Below, in pieces: positions 44,463 through 54,596 of a DNA stretch of 64,000 nt (position 1 is its first letter; each line of letters begins with the position of its first letter). The notes beneath the pieces are model-generated. The model searched no databases. It was not told the origin of the DNA and saw only the letters and a list, made by a program, of their open reading frames with translations. Source of the stretch: Candidatus Kuenenia stuttgartensis. GTDB lineage: Bacteria; Planctomycetota; Planctomycetia; Pirellulales; UBA1268. A program made the position numbers and the translations under genes. The DNA lies in the NCBI GenBank assembly GCA_945891385.1, contig CAMDDJ010000015.1, positions 1,237 to 65,236 of the forward strand. Reading direction: 5' to 3'.

Positions 44463-47400
44463 TCAACCGGCCCGCCGCCGCCGGCTTGCCCAGGCACCGG
44501 CAACCGCCGCTGCCGCCACGAGCGCGAACGACGCAGGCTCGGGGACCGCCGCCACGCTTCCCAGGCTGCCAGCAGAGGGCGAGGCCGGGAAGTAATTGCC
44601 CTGCCCATAGACACCCGCCGTGTTGACGCTCACCAGATCGAAGACGTTCGTCGATCCGTCGTAATTGAAGTCGCCCTGGTTCCAGACGCTCGCCTGGCCG
44701 GTGCCGTACTTGCCCGAACTATTGATGCTCACGAGGTCGAACACGTTGACAGCGCCGCTCAGATCGACGTCACCGGAGGCGGCAAACGAGACTTTCGCCG
44801 AGCCGTCGCCGGCCACGACATATCCGACCGCCCGCGTGCCGCCGCTGGCCGCCGCCGTGCTCGAGGTGATGCCGGCAGCGCCGTTCCAGGCCCCGCCGTT
44901 ACGGCCGGCGATGATGTCGGCCCGGAGATCGGCCGCCGAGATCCCGCCGGCTGCGATCGAGACCTGCCCCGCGCCGAGGTCGAGCCGGCCACCGCCCCCG
45001 GCCTGATCGACCGAGAGCCCGCCGACGCTCACCGTCACACGGGCATCCTGCACGAGCGACATCTGGCCCCCTGCCCCCACCGTCACCACCGGTGCCCCGG
45101 AGATCGTGCCGGCGTTGATTGCCAGCGACGTGATGCCGGTCGTGTTGTTGACGGCGAGGCTCGCGGCCGACAGCGTGCCCCCATCCACGATCACCGCCGG
45201 CGCCCGCATGGTGGTGCCGGAGGCTGCGGCCAGTGTGGCCCCGGTATCGACCGTGACGCTCGTCGCCTGGAGCCCGGCCGCGTTGGCCACCTGGAGGGTG
45301 CCGGCCGAAATCGTCGTGGGCCCGGTGTAGGCGTTCACCGCGTCGAACACGACCGTGCCGGCTCCCGTCTTGGTGACCGAGAGGGCCGACCCGATCGTCG
45401 GATACCCGGCCTGCGCCTGGGTCTGCGTGCCGGAGGGCACGTCGATCACGATCGCCGCCGGTCCGCTGCCGGGCGTGAACACGAGCTTCAGGTCGTTGCC
45501 CGCCTGGGCGACACTGAACGATCCGGAACCGAAGTCGTTGGCAAAGCCGGCGGTGCCGTTGTTCGGCCCCGTGACCACGGAGAAGGCATCGGCGGCGAAG
45601 CCCGTGATCCCGCCGCTGGCCGTGGCGATCGTCCAGGAGGCGGCCGTCGTGGAGCTGAAATTCGCCGCCGGTCCGCTCACGTCGGGGCCGGTCGAGGAGA
45701 GCGTCCAGAGGCTGATCTCGACCGGTGCGGCAGAGGTGGCCGTGATCACCAGGCCGCCCCCGATGCTCGCGAGGTCCCAGCCGCTGCCGGCGGTGCCGCT
45801 GGCGTCGAGGAGTTGCCAGTTGTAGTTCGCGCCCCCGGCCCAGGTCATGCCCTGCGAAAACGAGAGGGTGCCCGGACTCGCCCCGGGCGACAAGGTCGCG
45901 TCGGCCGAGAGCGTCGTGCCGCCACCGACCGTGCCGACGCCGGCGAGGGTGCCGCCAGCCTGCACCGTCACCGCTCCGGTGGCCAGGGAGTTGTCGCCGT
46001 CGACCTGGAGCGTGCCCGCCGCCACCGCGGTCGGGCCGGTGTAGAAGTTCGCCGCGGAGAGCGTGAGTTTTCCGCTTCCCGCCTTGGTGAGTCCGCCGCC
46101 GCCGCCGTCGGCAAACGATTGGTCGATCGAGATCGTCGCCCCATTGGAGTCGACCGTGGCCCCGCCGGGAAGCACGAGCAGGCTGTCGAGCCCGCCGACG
46201 AAACTGCCGCTCGAGGTTGGGCGGGCCTTGAGCGTGCCGCCGTTGAAGACGAGCGCCGTGTTCGTGCCCGTGCCCTTCGTGACCTTTGCGACCTCGAGCA
46301 CGCCGCCGTCGAGATTGACCGCCGCCGACTGGGAGAATTCGGTCGCCCCGAGCACCATGCCGGCGGTCGCGGCACCGACCACCCGGCCGGTGCCGCCGAT
46401 CGTGAGCGTGGCCGTGCCGTCTCGGCCGACGATGAAGTTGCCGTCGGTGCTCGTCTGGGAGAACGTTCCACCTGACAAGGTCATACTGCCCACGCTCGCG
46501 TCGCCTTTGGCGACGAAGAATGAGCCGGCGGAGACGGTCGCCTGATCGGCCAACGTCACCGTGCCGGTGGAACCGCCCAGGTCGCCTACGTTGAAGTCGT
46601 ACTGCACGCTCATCGCGGCCGTTCCGTTCATCGCGAGCGTGCCGGTGCCCGAGTTGCCGACGGCGATGTAGCCGGTCGCCGTCATGCTGCTCCCCGACTG
46701 CATGGTGAGCGTGCCGGCGCCGAGCAGTTGGTTGCCGATCTGGACCTGATCGACCACCAGCCTCGAGGTGTCGGTTGCCGTCAGGTTGCCTGTGCCCCCG
46801 TCACCGACCCGCAGCCGCCCCACCGCCGTGAGGGTGCCGGTGCCGCTCACGGTGACGGTGCCCTGGGTGCCGGACGAATTGCCGATGTTGAAGTCGCCGC
46901 CCGATCGGAACGACGACGACCCGCCGACCGTCACATTCGCCACCGAGGGGCCGATGTTGCCGATCAGTGTCTCACCCGTGATGCTCACCGCCGAATTGTT
47001 CAGCGTGAGGGTGTGGGTTCCGGAGTTATCGACATCCCCGTAGCCCATCCGGAAGTTGCCGGCGTTGACCGCCGCCCGGGTGAAGGTAGCCGTGGTGGCG
47101 GCCGCGCCGGTCTGATGGCCCAGCGACATCCAGCCATCGAGGGTCAGGGTGGCATTGGTGACGTTGAGCGTGGCCCCCTGCTCCGGCACGTTGCCGAGCC
47201 GGAAGTCGCCTGTCATCGTGTTCACGAGCGAGGTCGGCACGGTCGTGCCGCCCGCGAAGGTCATCGTGCCGGCCTCAACGATGAATCCGGGCCCCTCCTC
47301 GACCGCCGCGATCACGTTGGTAGCGTTCGTGCCGAGAAACCGGAGGTGGCCCGGGCCGCTCTTGCGGAAGCCGCCCGACTCGGCGGTCACACGGGCGTTG

Positions 47401-49853
47401 AAGGAGAGGGTGGTCGTCGGGCCTGCGACCTCGATCCCACCGCCGGGGCCGGCGAGCGACAGGCCACGATTGGTGGTGGCATTGCCGCCGGTGTAGGCGA
47501 GCGTGCCTCCGGCGAACACGAGGTTCGTCGGATCCGAGGAGGCGGCGCCCAGGGGGCCGGCCACGCCGCCATTGGTGATCGTGGCGATGCTCGTCGTGCC
47601 GCCGGCCAGGCGGACGGCCCCGGTGAAGGTGTTGGCCGTGGCGATGGTCACCGTGCCAGCACCGGATTTCGTGAGGCCGCCGCTGCCGCCGATCGAGCCA
47701 GTGCCTGTGAGACTGTAGGCGAGGACATCGTTGGAGAACTGGGTCGTCACCGGCGCGACCGCCACGTCGAGCGTGACGGCCGTGGGACCAGTCGCAGTGT
47801 CGTTGAAGATCACCGGCCCGTCGCCGTTGGCGAATGTCACCGTCGCGCCCGGGCCACTGAACGAGTCGAGCCAGTTGGCAGCCGTCGTGTTCCAGGCGGC
47901 GCTCGCACCGCCCTGCCACCGCCGCACCGGCACGCTCGACACGAGCAGGTCGATCTGGTTGGCGGCGGCGTTGTTGACCAGCGTGGCCTGCATCCCGGCC
48001 GGAAGGGTGCCGAGCGTGAAGGTGTAGGCATCGAGGCTGCCATACTTGACGAGCGGAATCGTGCCCGCGGCCGGCGCCAGCGTGGCGAAGTTGATCGTGG
48101 CCGCCGCACCTCCGGTCGTCAGGGCACCGACCACATTGAGCGGGGCGTAGCCCGGGTCGGGGTTGCCGAACGAGCCCAGGTCGATCGTGATCGCCGATCC
48201 TTGGCCGACGGAGAGGGCGGACGTCGTCAGCTGGGTGAGCGGTGCCGCGAGGCTCACCCCGAGCGTCGCATCGGCGGCGATTCCGATGCTGCCGCCACCG
48301 GCATGGGCCGTGCTCAGGGAGAGCGTGCCGGCCGCGATCTGGATCGGGCCGGTGAAGCTCCCTGGACCGGTCAGGGCAAGCGAGCCGGTGCCTTCCTTGG
48401 TGAGTCCGCCCGTACCGGCCAGTGCCTGCGGCATTGCGAGCGAGAACGCCTGGGAGTCGATCACCGCCGTGTCATTCAAATTGACGGCGGTCACCCCGCT
48501 CATGAAGGCGGTCGAGTTGCCGGCGGCCACTAGCCGGCCGCCGTTAAAGTTGAATTCCGTGTACGCGAAAATATCGGCAGCGGTCACCCGGGCGGCCTCG
48601 AGCCGTCCGCCGGCGTCGAGGTTGATCGTGGCGGCGAGGCTCGCCCCCAACTTCGACATCACCACGGGACCGGCCCGCACCACCCCCGTGCCGCCGATCG
48701 AGAGCGTGCCGGTGCCGCCGTACTTACCCACGGCCAGGTCACCCCCCGTGATCTCCACGAGCCCGCCCGTGACCGACATCGTGCCCACACCCTGGCCGCC
48801 CTCACCGATCTCGATATCGCCGGTGCCGGTCTTTTGCACGAGGCCGCCGGTCATGGTGAACGTTCCCTGGCCATTCTGCCGGCCGATCGAGAGCGCGCCT
48901 CCGTCGACGGAGAGCGTGCCGGCCGAGATCGTGTAGCTGCCGATTCCGTCGACCCCGAACGCCCCGACGTTCACGCCTTCGCCGCCCGACACGTTGACGA
49001 GCCCGCCGGTCTGCACGGCTTCGCCCGTGGCCTGGTAGTCACCGAACACCAGCCGGCCACCGCCGAGTTTGTTGAAGGTGCCGCCTGAGATCACGAGCCG
49101 GCCCAGCCCGCCGCCGCCGTCGCCGCCGAAGGGCTTGCCGCCGAATTTGGTCCAGTCGTTGGTCGTGACGACGCCGCCGTCGACGAGCGTGAGCGTGCCG
49201 GTGCCGGTGCCCCCTCCCCCCTGACCGCGGCCGATTTCCATTTCGCCGGCCGAGACGGTGAGCGTGCCGGCGACGTCGATCGTGCCGGTCGACGTGCTGC
49301 CGGCGATCGTCTGGCCGACGATCAGCTTTCGGCCAGTGGCGTTGAAGACGAGTTCGCCGCCGGCTGCGATCGCGACTCGGCCATCACCGCCGACGGCATC
49401 GGCCCCACCGCCGACCAGCGCGTCACCACCGCCTGCCAGCGTGAGGGTGGTGCCGCCTCCGATCGAGAGCGTGCCGGCGCCGGGTGTCACACTGCCGGCC
49501 GTCGTGTAGCCGACGAAGGCCGGCCCGGCGACAGTCGCCGATCCTGAGCCCGCCACCGCGAGCGAGCCGGTGCCATCGCGACCAATCGCGATCTGTGGTC
49601 CCTCAACGGCCGCGCCGCCGGCGAGCGTCAGATCAGCCTGGCCGCCATTGGCGATCACGGCGACGTCGCCCACCGTCGGCACGATGCCGCCGCTCCAGTT
49701 GGCGCCGTCGACGAACGACCCGGTCGTGGCGATCCAGGAGATCTCGGCCGCGGACCCACCGATCGGCAGGCCACCGGTCGCGATGGTGACAAGCAGCGGC
49801 ATGATCCGACTGCGGAACGTCGCGGGCTGAAAGAGTGTCCGTCGGCGGAACAT
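44463..49853 (-). CDS. Large PEP-CTERM surface protein with autotransporter-associated beta-strand repeats and a dockerin-like domain
   Basis: Multiple LTKxGxGTL..N.YTG repeats; GDVDLSG.VNVFDL / GDFNYDG duplicated motif; VPEP-hydrophobic-RRRR tail. Confidence 0.9.
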   Translation of the reverse strand: MFRRRTLFQPATFRSRIMPLLVTIATGGLPIGGSAAEISWIATTGSFVDGANWSGGIVPTVGDVAVIANGGQADLTLAGGAAVEGPQIAIGRDGTGSLAVAGSGSATVAGPAFVGYTTAGSVTPGAGTLSIGGGTTLTLAGGGDALVGGGADAVGGDGRVAIAAGGELVFNATGRKLIVGQTIAGSTSTGTIDVAGTLTVSAGEMEIGRGQGGGGTGTGTLTLVDGGVVTTNDWTKFGGKPFGGDGGGGLGRLVISGGTFNKLGGGRLVFGDYQATGEAVQTGGLVNVSGGEGVNVGAFGVDGIGSYTISAGTLSVDGGALSIGRQNGQGTFTMTGGLVQKTGTGDIEIGEGGQGVGTMSVTGGLVEITGGDLAVGKYGGTGTLSIGGTGVVRAGPVVMSKLGASLAATINLDAGGRLEAARVTAADIFAYTEFNFNGGRLVAAGNSTAFMSGVTAVNLNDTAVIDSQAFSLAMPQALAGTGGLTKEGTGSLALTGPGSFTGPIQIAAGTLSLSTAHAGGGSIGIAADATLGVSLAAPLTQLTTSALSVGQGSAITIDLGSFGNPDPGYAPLNVVGALTTGGAAATINFATLAPAAGTIPLVKYGSLDAYTFTLGTLPAGMQATLVNNAAANQIDLLVSSVPVRRWQGGASAAWNTTAANWLDSFSGPGATVTFANGDGPVIFNDTATGPTAVTLDVAVAPVTTQFSNDVLAYSLTGTGSIGGSGGLTKSGAGTVTIATANTFTGAVRLAGGTTSIATITNGGVAGPLGAASSDPTNLVFAGGTLAYTGGNATTNRGLSLAGPGGGIEVAGPTTTLSFNARVTAESGGFRKSGPGHLRFLGTNATNVIAAVEEGPGFIVEAGTMTFAGGTTVPTSLVNTMTGDFRLGNVPEQGATLNVTNATLTLDGWMSLGHQTGAAATTATFTRAAVNAGNFRMGYGDVDNSGTHTLTLNNSAVSITGETLIGNIGPSVANVTVGGSSSFRSGGDFNIGNSSGTQGTVTVSGTGTLTAVGRLRVGDGGTGNLTATDTSRLVVDQVQIGNQLLGAGTLTMQSGSSMTATGYIAVGNSGTGTLAMNGTAAMSVQYDFNVGDLGGSTGTVTLADQATVSAGSFFVAKGDASVGSMTLSGGTFSQTSTDGNFIVGRDGTATLTIGGTGRVVGAATAGMVLGATEFSQSAAVNLDGGVLEVAKVTKGTGTNTALVFNGGTLKARPTSSGSFVGGLDSLLVLPGGATVDSNGATISIDQSFADGGGGGLTKAGSGKLTLSAANFYTGPTAVAAGTLQVDGDNSLATGAVTVQAGGTLAGVGTVGGGTTLSADATLSPGASPGTLSFSQGMTWAGGANYNWQLLDASGTAGSGWDLASIGGGLVITATSAAPVEISLWTLSSTGPDVSGPAANFSSTTAASWTIATASGGITGFAADAFSVVTGPNNGTAGFANDFGSGSFSVAQAGNDLKLVFTPGSGPAAIVIDVPSGTQTQAQAGYPTIGSALSVTKTGAGTVVFDAVNAYTGPTTISAGTLQVANAAGLQATSVTVDTGATLAAASGTTMRAPAVIVDGGTLSAASLAVNNTTGITSLAINAGTISGAPVVTVGAGGQMSLVQDARVTVSVGGLSVDQAGGGGRLDLGAGQVSIAAGGISAADLRADIIAGRNGGAWNGAAGITSSTAAASGGTRAVGYVVAGDGSAKVSFAASGDVDLSGAVNVFDLVSINSSGKYGTGQASVWNQGDFNYDGSTNVFDLVSVNTAGVYGQGNYFPASPSAGSLGSVAAVPEPASFALVAAAAVAGAWASRRRRAG

Positions 49854-50042
49854 GGCAAGACCTCCCGAGGGAAAGAGGAGCAGCGGTGGGCCGAAGAACT
49901 CTCGGAGGCTGCTAGGCCCGCGACGTTCCCCCCATCGACTCCGACTATTTTCCAGGGCTGGGCGGCTGGCCGTCAACCGGTGAGGCCTGAGTCTTCGGGA
50001 GCGTGACGTCACCCAAGCTATCACGTCCGCAAGAGGGTACCC

Positions 50043-52001
50043 TCACTGAGCCGGAACCGGGGCCGCCTGGAAGTAGGGGATTTGCTCGAGCGCGGCGGCC
50101 ATCGCCTGATAGGCGGGCTTGAACTGGCCGGCGTGCCTGAGGCCCTGCTCGACGATGCCGCGGGCCGCGGTCAGGTCGCCCGTGCGACGATACGCCTCGA
50201 AAAGCGCCTGCTCGCAGGCCACCAGGTCGGATCCTTGCAACCGCGAGCGGGCGGCCATGAGCGGCCGGAGCGAGGCCTGCCACTCCCCGCGGAGCTGGTG
50301 GAGTCGGCCGACATATCGCTCCGTGAGTCCGGTCTCGGAGAACCCTCGCTGGAGAAGAAACTCCCCCTGGGCGATCGCGGCAGCGGCGTCGTCCCGATCC
50401 GCCTCGGTGAGCGTGCTGTGGATTCGTTCCCGGCAGGCGAGCGTGAAGTACACATATTCGAGGTACCAGGATGTGTAGTCGGGCACCTGCCGCTGAGCGA
50501 GCTCGTAGAGCGGCTCGGCATCGGCGGGCTTGTTCTCGCGGAGCAACACCCGCGCCACCATGCCCGTGAGCGGCCGCAGGCCGCCGGCGTGCGGGCGGAA
50601 GGTCTGCCACTCGCGGGCAGCCTCCAGAATCGCCGGCGGCATCGCCCGCTCGGCCCGCTCGCACTCGGCCTGAAATCGGCGGAAGGCTTCCGGGTTTGAC
50701 CGCTTCATGAACGGCACGCTGAACAGCGTGCGGAGCGTGTGGTGCACGCGGTAGGCGTCGTAGTCGTTGCTGCCGAGTTGCTCAGCGTAGGCCTGCCAGT
50801 CAGCGAGGCCCGCTACTCGGTCGGCCTCGACCCGCACCTCCGCTGGAAGCTCCTCCATCGCCTCGACGACCGCCCGGGCTACCTCGGCCTGGCCGCGGAG
50901 CGAGAGGTGCACGTGGTCGTCGAGGAGGTCCCAACTCGTGGCAGCCTCGGTCGACAGGCTACGAAACCGCTCCGCCACGTCGCAGAGCGTCGCTCTGGTT
51001 CCGGCAGCGGCTCGGCGGATCGCCTCCTCCGTGGCCGACGTCGGCCGCCAGGGCATCGTGTCCTGATCCCGGGCCGCGAGGAACGCGGCCCGGGCAGCTG
51101 TGCGATCGCCGGCGGCGGCGGCTGCTTCGGCCCGCGCGAAAGCCTCGGCAGCCGGACCGCCCTCACCGAGCGGATGGAGTCCGGCCTCGTTGCTCGCAGT
51201 CGTGCAGACAACTGCCGGCACGCCCGCCTTGGCGACCGTGGCAAGCATCTGCGTCAGATGGGTTTCGAGGTTTCGCGCGGCTGCCGCCCGGAGCGGTGAG
51301 TCGGCCGGGATCATCGTTTGGCCGACCATCTGCTCCATCAGCGTGCGGCTCTCATCGGCCTTGCGGTGGACAAGGCCCTCGAGTGCCTGGACGATCGCCA
51401 GCCCGCGGGCCTGACGCATCAGCGGCAGAGCCCAGGTCGGCGTTGTGCCCGAGGCGTTGATCGAAGCCACGCCGTAGGCTCCGAAGAACTCGTTGTTTCC
51501 CACATAGAACACGACGAGGTCGGGCTCGAACCGCACGGCGTCGCGGACGAGATAAACGAGCGGAAAACTCGCCACCGCCGTCGTACCCAGGCTGATCACT
51601 TCCACGCGGCGATCGGGCCAGACGTCGGAGAGCATCGCCTGGAGGAAGGCAGCCAGCGAGAGATTTCGCGGCTGGGGATACCCCTTGGCGGCCGACTCGC
51701 CCACGATGAACACCCGCACGGTGCCCGGCGGCTTGGGCATGAGGAAGTTGGTCTCCTCGGCGTAGCCCGGCCGCGTGGGGTTGGCGAAGAAGTAGGGCTT
51801 CGAGGCCGCCGGCTCGACCAGAGCGACCTGCTGACCCGACGGCAGGCTGCCGGCGATCCGCAGAAAGGGAGGGTAGCCACCCCAGCCGGCCAGCCGCAGG
51901 CCCCCCTCGACGAGGCCGAGCGCCACCAGCGGTAAGGCGAGCGTGACCACCATAAAGATGGCCCGCTTCCAGCGGGGCAGCGGTGCGACGTGCTGGTTCA
52001 T
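50043..52001 (-). CDS. Membrane-anchored SGNH/GDSL hydrolase-like protein with TPR-like C-terminus
   Basis: N-terminal TM; GESAA, YVGNNE, DHVH motifs. Confidence 0.78.
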   Translation of the reverse strand: MNQHVAPLPRWKRAIFMVVTLALPLVALGLVEGGLRLAGWGGYPPFLRIAGSLPSGQQVALVEPAASKPYFFANPTRPGYAEETNFLMPKPPGTVRVFIVGESAAKGYPQPRNLSLAAFLQAMLSDVWPDRRVEVISLGTTAVASFPLVYLVRDAVRFEPDLVVFYVGNNEFFGAYGVASINASGTTPTWALPLMRQARGLAIVQALEGLVHRKADESRTLMEQMVGQTMIPADSPLRAAAARNLETHLTQMLATVAKAGVPAVVCTTASNEAGLHPLGEGGPAAEAFARAEAAAAAGDRTAARAAFLAARDQDTMPWRPTSATEEAIRRAAAGTRATLCDVAERFRSLSTEAATSWDLLDDHVHLSLRGQAEVARAVVEAMEELPAEVRVEADRVAGLADWQAYAEQLGSNDYDAYRVHHTLRTLFSVPFMKRSNPEAFRRFQAECERAERAMPPAILEAAREWQTFRPHAGGLRPLTGMVARVLLRENKPADAEPLYELAQRQVPDYTSWYLEYVYFTLACRERIHSTLTEADRDDAAAAIAQGEFLLQRGFSETGLTERYVGRLHQLRGEWQASLRPLMAARSRLQGSDLVACEQALFEAYRRTGDLTAARGIVEQGLRHAGQFKPAYQAMAAALEQIPYFQAAPVPAQ

Positions 52002-52034
52002 TGTCACCGACAACCTTCTCGAAACGAGGGACGG

Positions 52035-52454
52035 CTAAAAAGGACGGCTCGGGTCGTGGGACGTCTGCGGCAACGATTGCCACAGCGAAACGTCGGCTGG
52101 TGGCCGACCCAGCCTGAGCCGATCGCGGCCCACGAGCCGAGCCACCATGCCCAGCGGCGTTACGACCAGGTAGAACACGGCGGCCAGGGCCAAGGTGCCG
52201 ATCGTGGTGCCGATCAGCCAGACGATCGCCATCCACAGCCAGTAGGCGGGCAGGCCGATCCGGGTGCCGGTGCCGCCGGTGACGAGCGCGACGACGCCGA
52301 AGCCCCAGAGCCAGGGAGCGATCGCATGGCCCGCGCGAAAGATGCCCCAGTCCACGAATTGAAACAGCGACCCCGACACGGCCAGCCCGGATGCGACGGT
52401 GAGAGCCCACCGCCGCAGGTGGGCGGGTTCGGGGTGCCAGTCGATCGTGATCAT
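52035..52454 (-). CDS. SxtJ-family membrane protein
   Basis: LRRW, YWLWM, VFYLVVTPLG..RL.GRD.L, terminal PF. Confidence 0.8.
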   Translation of the reverse strand: MITIDWHPEPAHLRRWALTVASGLAVSGSLFQFVDWGIFRAGHAIAPWLWGFGVVALVTGGTGTRIGLPAYWLWMAIVWLIGTTIGTLALAAVFYLVVTPLGMVARLVGRDRLRLGRPPADVSLWQSLPQTSHDPSRPF

Positions 52455-52498
52455 GAAAAGCAGTTACCCCCGCGGGAACCGAGCAGCAGGGTCGGCCA

Positions 52499-52654
52499 TC
52501 AGAAGAGCGTGTAGATCAGCGGTGCGGCCTGGGTTCCACCCAGGATGATGAGCACGCCAGCCAGGAGCAGGACGACGATGATCGGCGCGAGCATCCAGGC
52601 CCTGTTGGTGAGCACATAGTCGTAGAGTTCGGTCAGAAAGGAGCGACGCCGCAT
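52499..52654 (-). CDS. DUF5989/SxtK-like small membrane protein (51 aa)
   Basis: Manual translation MRRRSFLTELYDYVLTNRAWMLAPIIVVLLLAGVLIILGGTQAAPLIYTLF; APxIYTLF tail; absent from the ORF track. Confidence 0.85.
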   Translation of the reverse strand: MRRRSFLTELYDYVLTNRAWMLAPIIVVLLLAGVLIILGGTQAAPLIYTLF

Positions 52655-52683
52655 GATGGTGTCTCCCGACGTGGCGTGATGAG

Positions 52684-54483
52684 TCAGTCCGGCCGGAAAG
52701 ATCGCCGGTACGCCTCCGCGCCCGCCAGCGGAGGTTGGCGTTCCTTCCGATACAGGTGGCGGCCCACGACGAGCGAATCCATGTCGGTATACATGAAGCA
52801 GCGGTAGGCGTCGGCCGGTTCGTGAACGATCGGCTCACCCCGGATATTGAAGCTCGTGTTGGCGAGCACCGGGCATCCTGTCAGCCGGTCGAACTCCGTA
52901 AGGATGGCATGAAACCGCGGCGACTGGCCGGCGTCAACGGTCTGGATCCGGGCCGAGCCGTCGACGTGGGTCACGGCCGGCAGCGGACCGCCGACGGCCC
53001 GGAGCCGTTCGAGACCGCGGCCGGCGGCCGCCCCGGCCTGGCGAACGGGAGCCACAAGCAGCATGAAGGGGCTGTCGCACTCCAACTCGAAGGACTCGTG
53101 CTGCCGGCCGGCGAGCACGGCCGGGGCGAAGGGTCGAAACGACTCCCGAAACTTGATCGCCAGGTTGAGCCGCCGCTGCATCTCGGGCCGGCGAGGATCC
53201 GCGAGGATCGAGCGGTGCCCCAGCGCCCGCGGCCCGAACTCAGCCCGGCCGTGAAAGTGGCCCACGATCCGACCGGCCGCGAGGCCCTCTGCCACTGCCG
53301 CCACGAGCGATTCCTCGTCGGGAAACGCCTCACCGATTCCTCCCAGGTCGGCGATCGCGGCCGTGGCGGTGACATCGTCGTATTCTGGTCCCAGGTAGGA
53401 ACCATGCATTGCATCTGCGGCCGCATGCCGTGGCCGGCCGAGATGGCCGTGCCAGTGCAGGAGCGCGGCACCGAGGGCCCCGCCGGCATCGCCGGACGCC
53501 GGCTGGATCCAGAGCCGCTCGAAGGGCCCCTCCCGCAGCAGCCGACCGTTGGCCACGCAGTTCAGGGCCACGCCCCCGGCAAGGCAGAGGTTCGTCAGGC
53601 CGGTCTGAGCATGGACATGGCGGCCCATCCGCAGCACGATCTCCTCGGTCACCTGCTGGATGCTCGCGGCGATGTCGAGTTCCCGATCGGTGAGCTGCCC
53701 ATCGGGACGGCGGCCCGAGCCGCCGAAGAGCCGCTCGAAGCGTCGGCCCGTCATCCGCAGGCCAACGCAGTAGTCGAAGAATGACTGGTCGAGCCAAAAG
53801 GAGCCATCCGGCCGCAGGCAAACGATCTCGCGGAGGATCGTCTCGGCATACCGTGGCTCGCCATAGGGGGCCAGCCCCATCAGTTTGTACTCACCCGAGT
53901 TGACCCGAAAGCCGCAGAACAGGGTGAATGCGGAATAGAGCAGACCCAGGGAGTGTGGAAATTGGAGGTCGGCCTCCAGGCGGATCGAGTGGCCCTGTCC
54001 CCTGCCCCAGGCGGCGGTGCTCCACTCGCCCACCCCGTCGAGTGTGAGGATCGCCGCCTCGTCGAAGGGGCTGGGATAGAAGGCCGATGCCGCGTGCGAC
54101 TCGTGATGCGTCGTGAAGAAAATCGGCCCGTCGTAATCGCCGCCGAGGCCCCGATCGATCTCGCGGGGCAGATGGAGCTTGGTCTGAAGCCAGCGGGGCA
54201 TGGCCGTGAGAAAGGCCCGGAATCCCCGCGGCGCGAACGCCAGCGCCGTCTCGAGCAGCCGCTCGAATTTCAGGAGCGGCTTCTCATAGAACACGACGGC
54301 ATCGAGTTCGGCCGCCGTGATGCCGGCCTCGGCCAGGCAGAAAGCTGCGGCCCGAGCGGGAAACGAGTCGTCGTGCTTACGGCGGGTGAACCGCTCTTCT
54401 TCAGAGGCGGCCAGGATGGTGCCGTCCTGGACGATCGCTGCGGCGCTATCGTGGAAGAAGGCGGAGATGCCGAGGATGTTCAC
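52684..54483 (-). CDS. NodU/CmcH-family O-carbamoyltransferase
   Basis: ILGISAFFHDSAA, EEERF.R.KH, HHESHA, EFGPRALG.RS, KFRESFRPFAP, NTSFN. Confidence 0.93.
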   Translation of the reverse strand: MNILGISAFFHDSAAAIVQDGTILAASEEERFTRRKHDDSFPARAAAFCLAEAGITAAELDAVVFYEKPLLKFERLLETALAFAPRGFRAFLTAMPRWLQTKLHLPREIDRGLGGDYDGPIFFTTHHESHAASAFYPSPFDEAAILTLDGVGEWSTAAWGRGQGHSIRLEADLQFPHSLGLLYSAFTLFCGFRVNSGEYKLMGLAPYGEPRYAETILREIVCLRPDGSFWLDQSFFDYCVGLRMTGRRFERLFGGSGRRPDGQLTDRELDIAASIQQVTEEIVLRMGRHVHAQTGLTNLCLAGGVALNCVANGRLLREGPFERLWIQPASGDAGGALGAALLHWHGHLGRPRHAAADAMHGSYLGPEYDDVTATAAIADLGGIGEAFPDEESLVAAVAEGLAAGRIVGHFHGRAEFGPRALGHRSILADPRRPEMQRRLNLAIKFRESFRPFAPAVLAGRQHESFELECDSPFMLLVAPVRQAGAAAGRGLERLRAVGGPLPAVTHVDGSARIQTVDAGQSPRFHAILTEFDRLTGCPVLANTSFNIRGEPIVHEPADAYRCFMYTDMDSLVVGRHLYRKERQPPLAGAEAYRRSFRPD

Positions 54484-54506
54484 GTCGCGGCCCGCACGAA
54501 AAGGCA

Positions 54507-54544
54507 ATCACCCTGGTTCGGCCGGGCGACCAAACCAGGGTGAT
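54507..54544 (-). terminator. Hairpin/likely intrinsic terminator after the PEP-CTERM gene
   Basis: ATCACCCTGGTT/AACCAGGGTGAT 12-bp stem, followed by TGCCTTTT on the minus strand. Confidence 0.55.
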
Positions 54545-54596
54545 GCACGGACTCTTCCCCACCCACACCGAAATCGAGAGTTGATCCTCGGGCGGC

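Noticed and set aside
50043-54483. Saxitoxin biosynthesis
   Set aside because: No sxtA, sxtG or other core genes in the window; sxtI/J/K-like genes also occur outside toxin clusters
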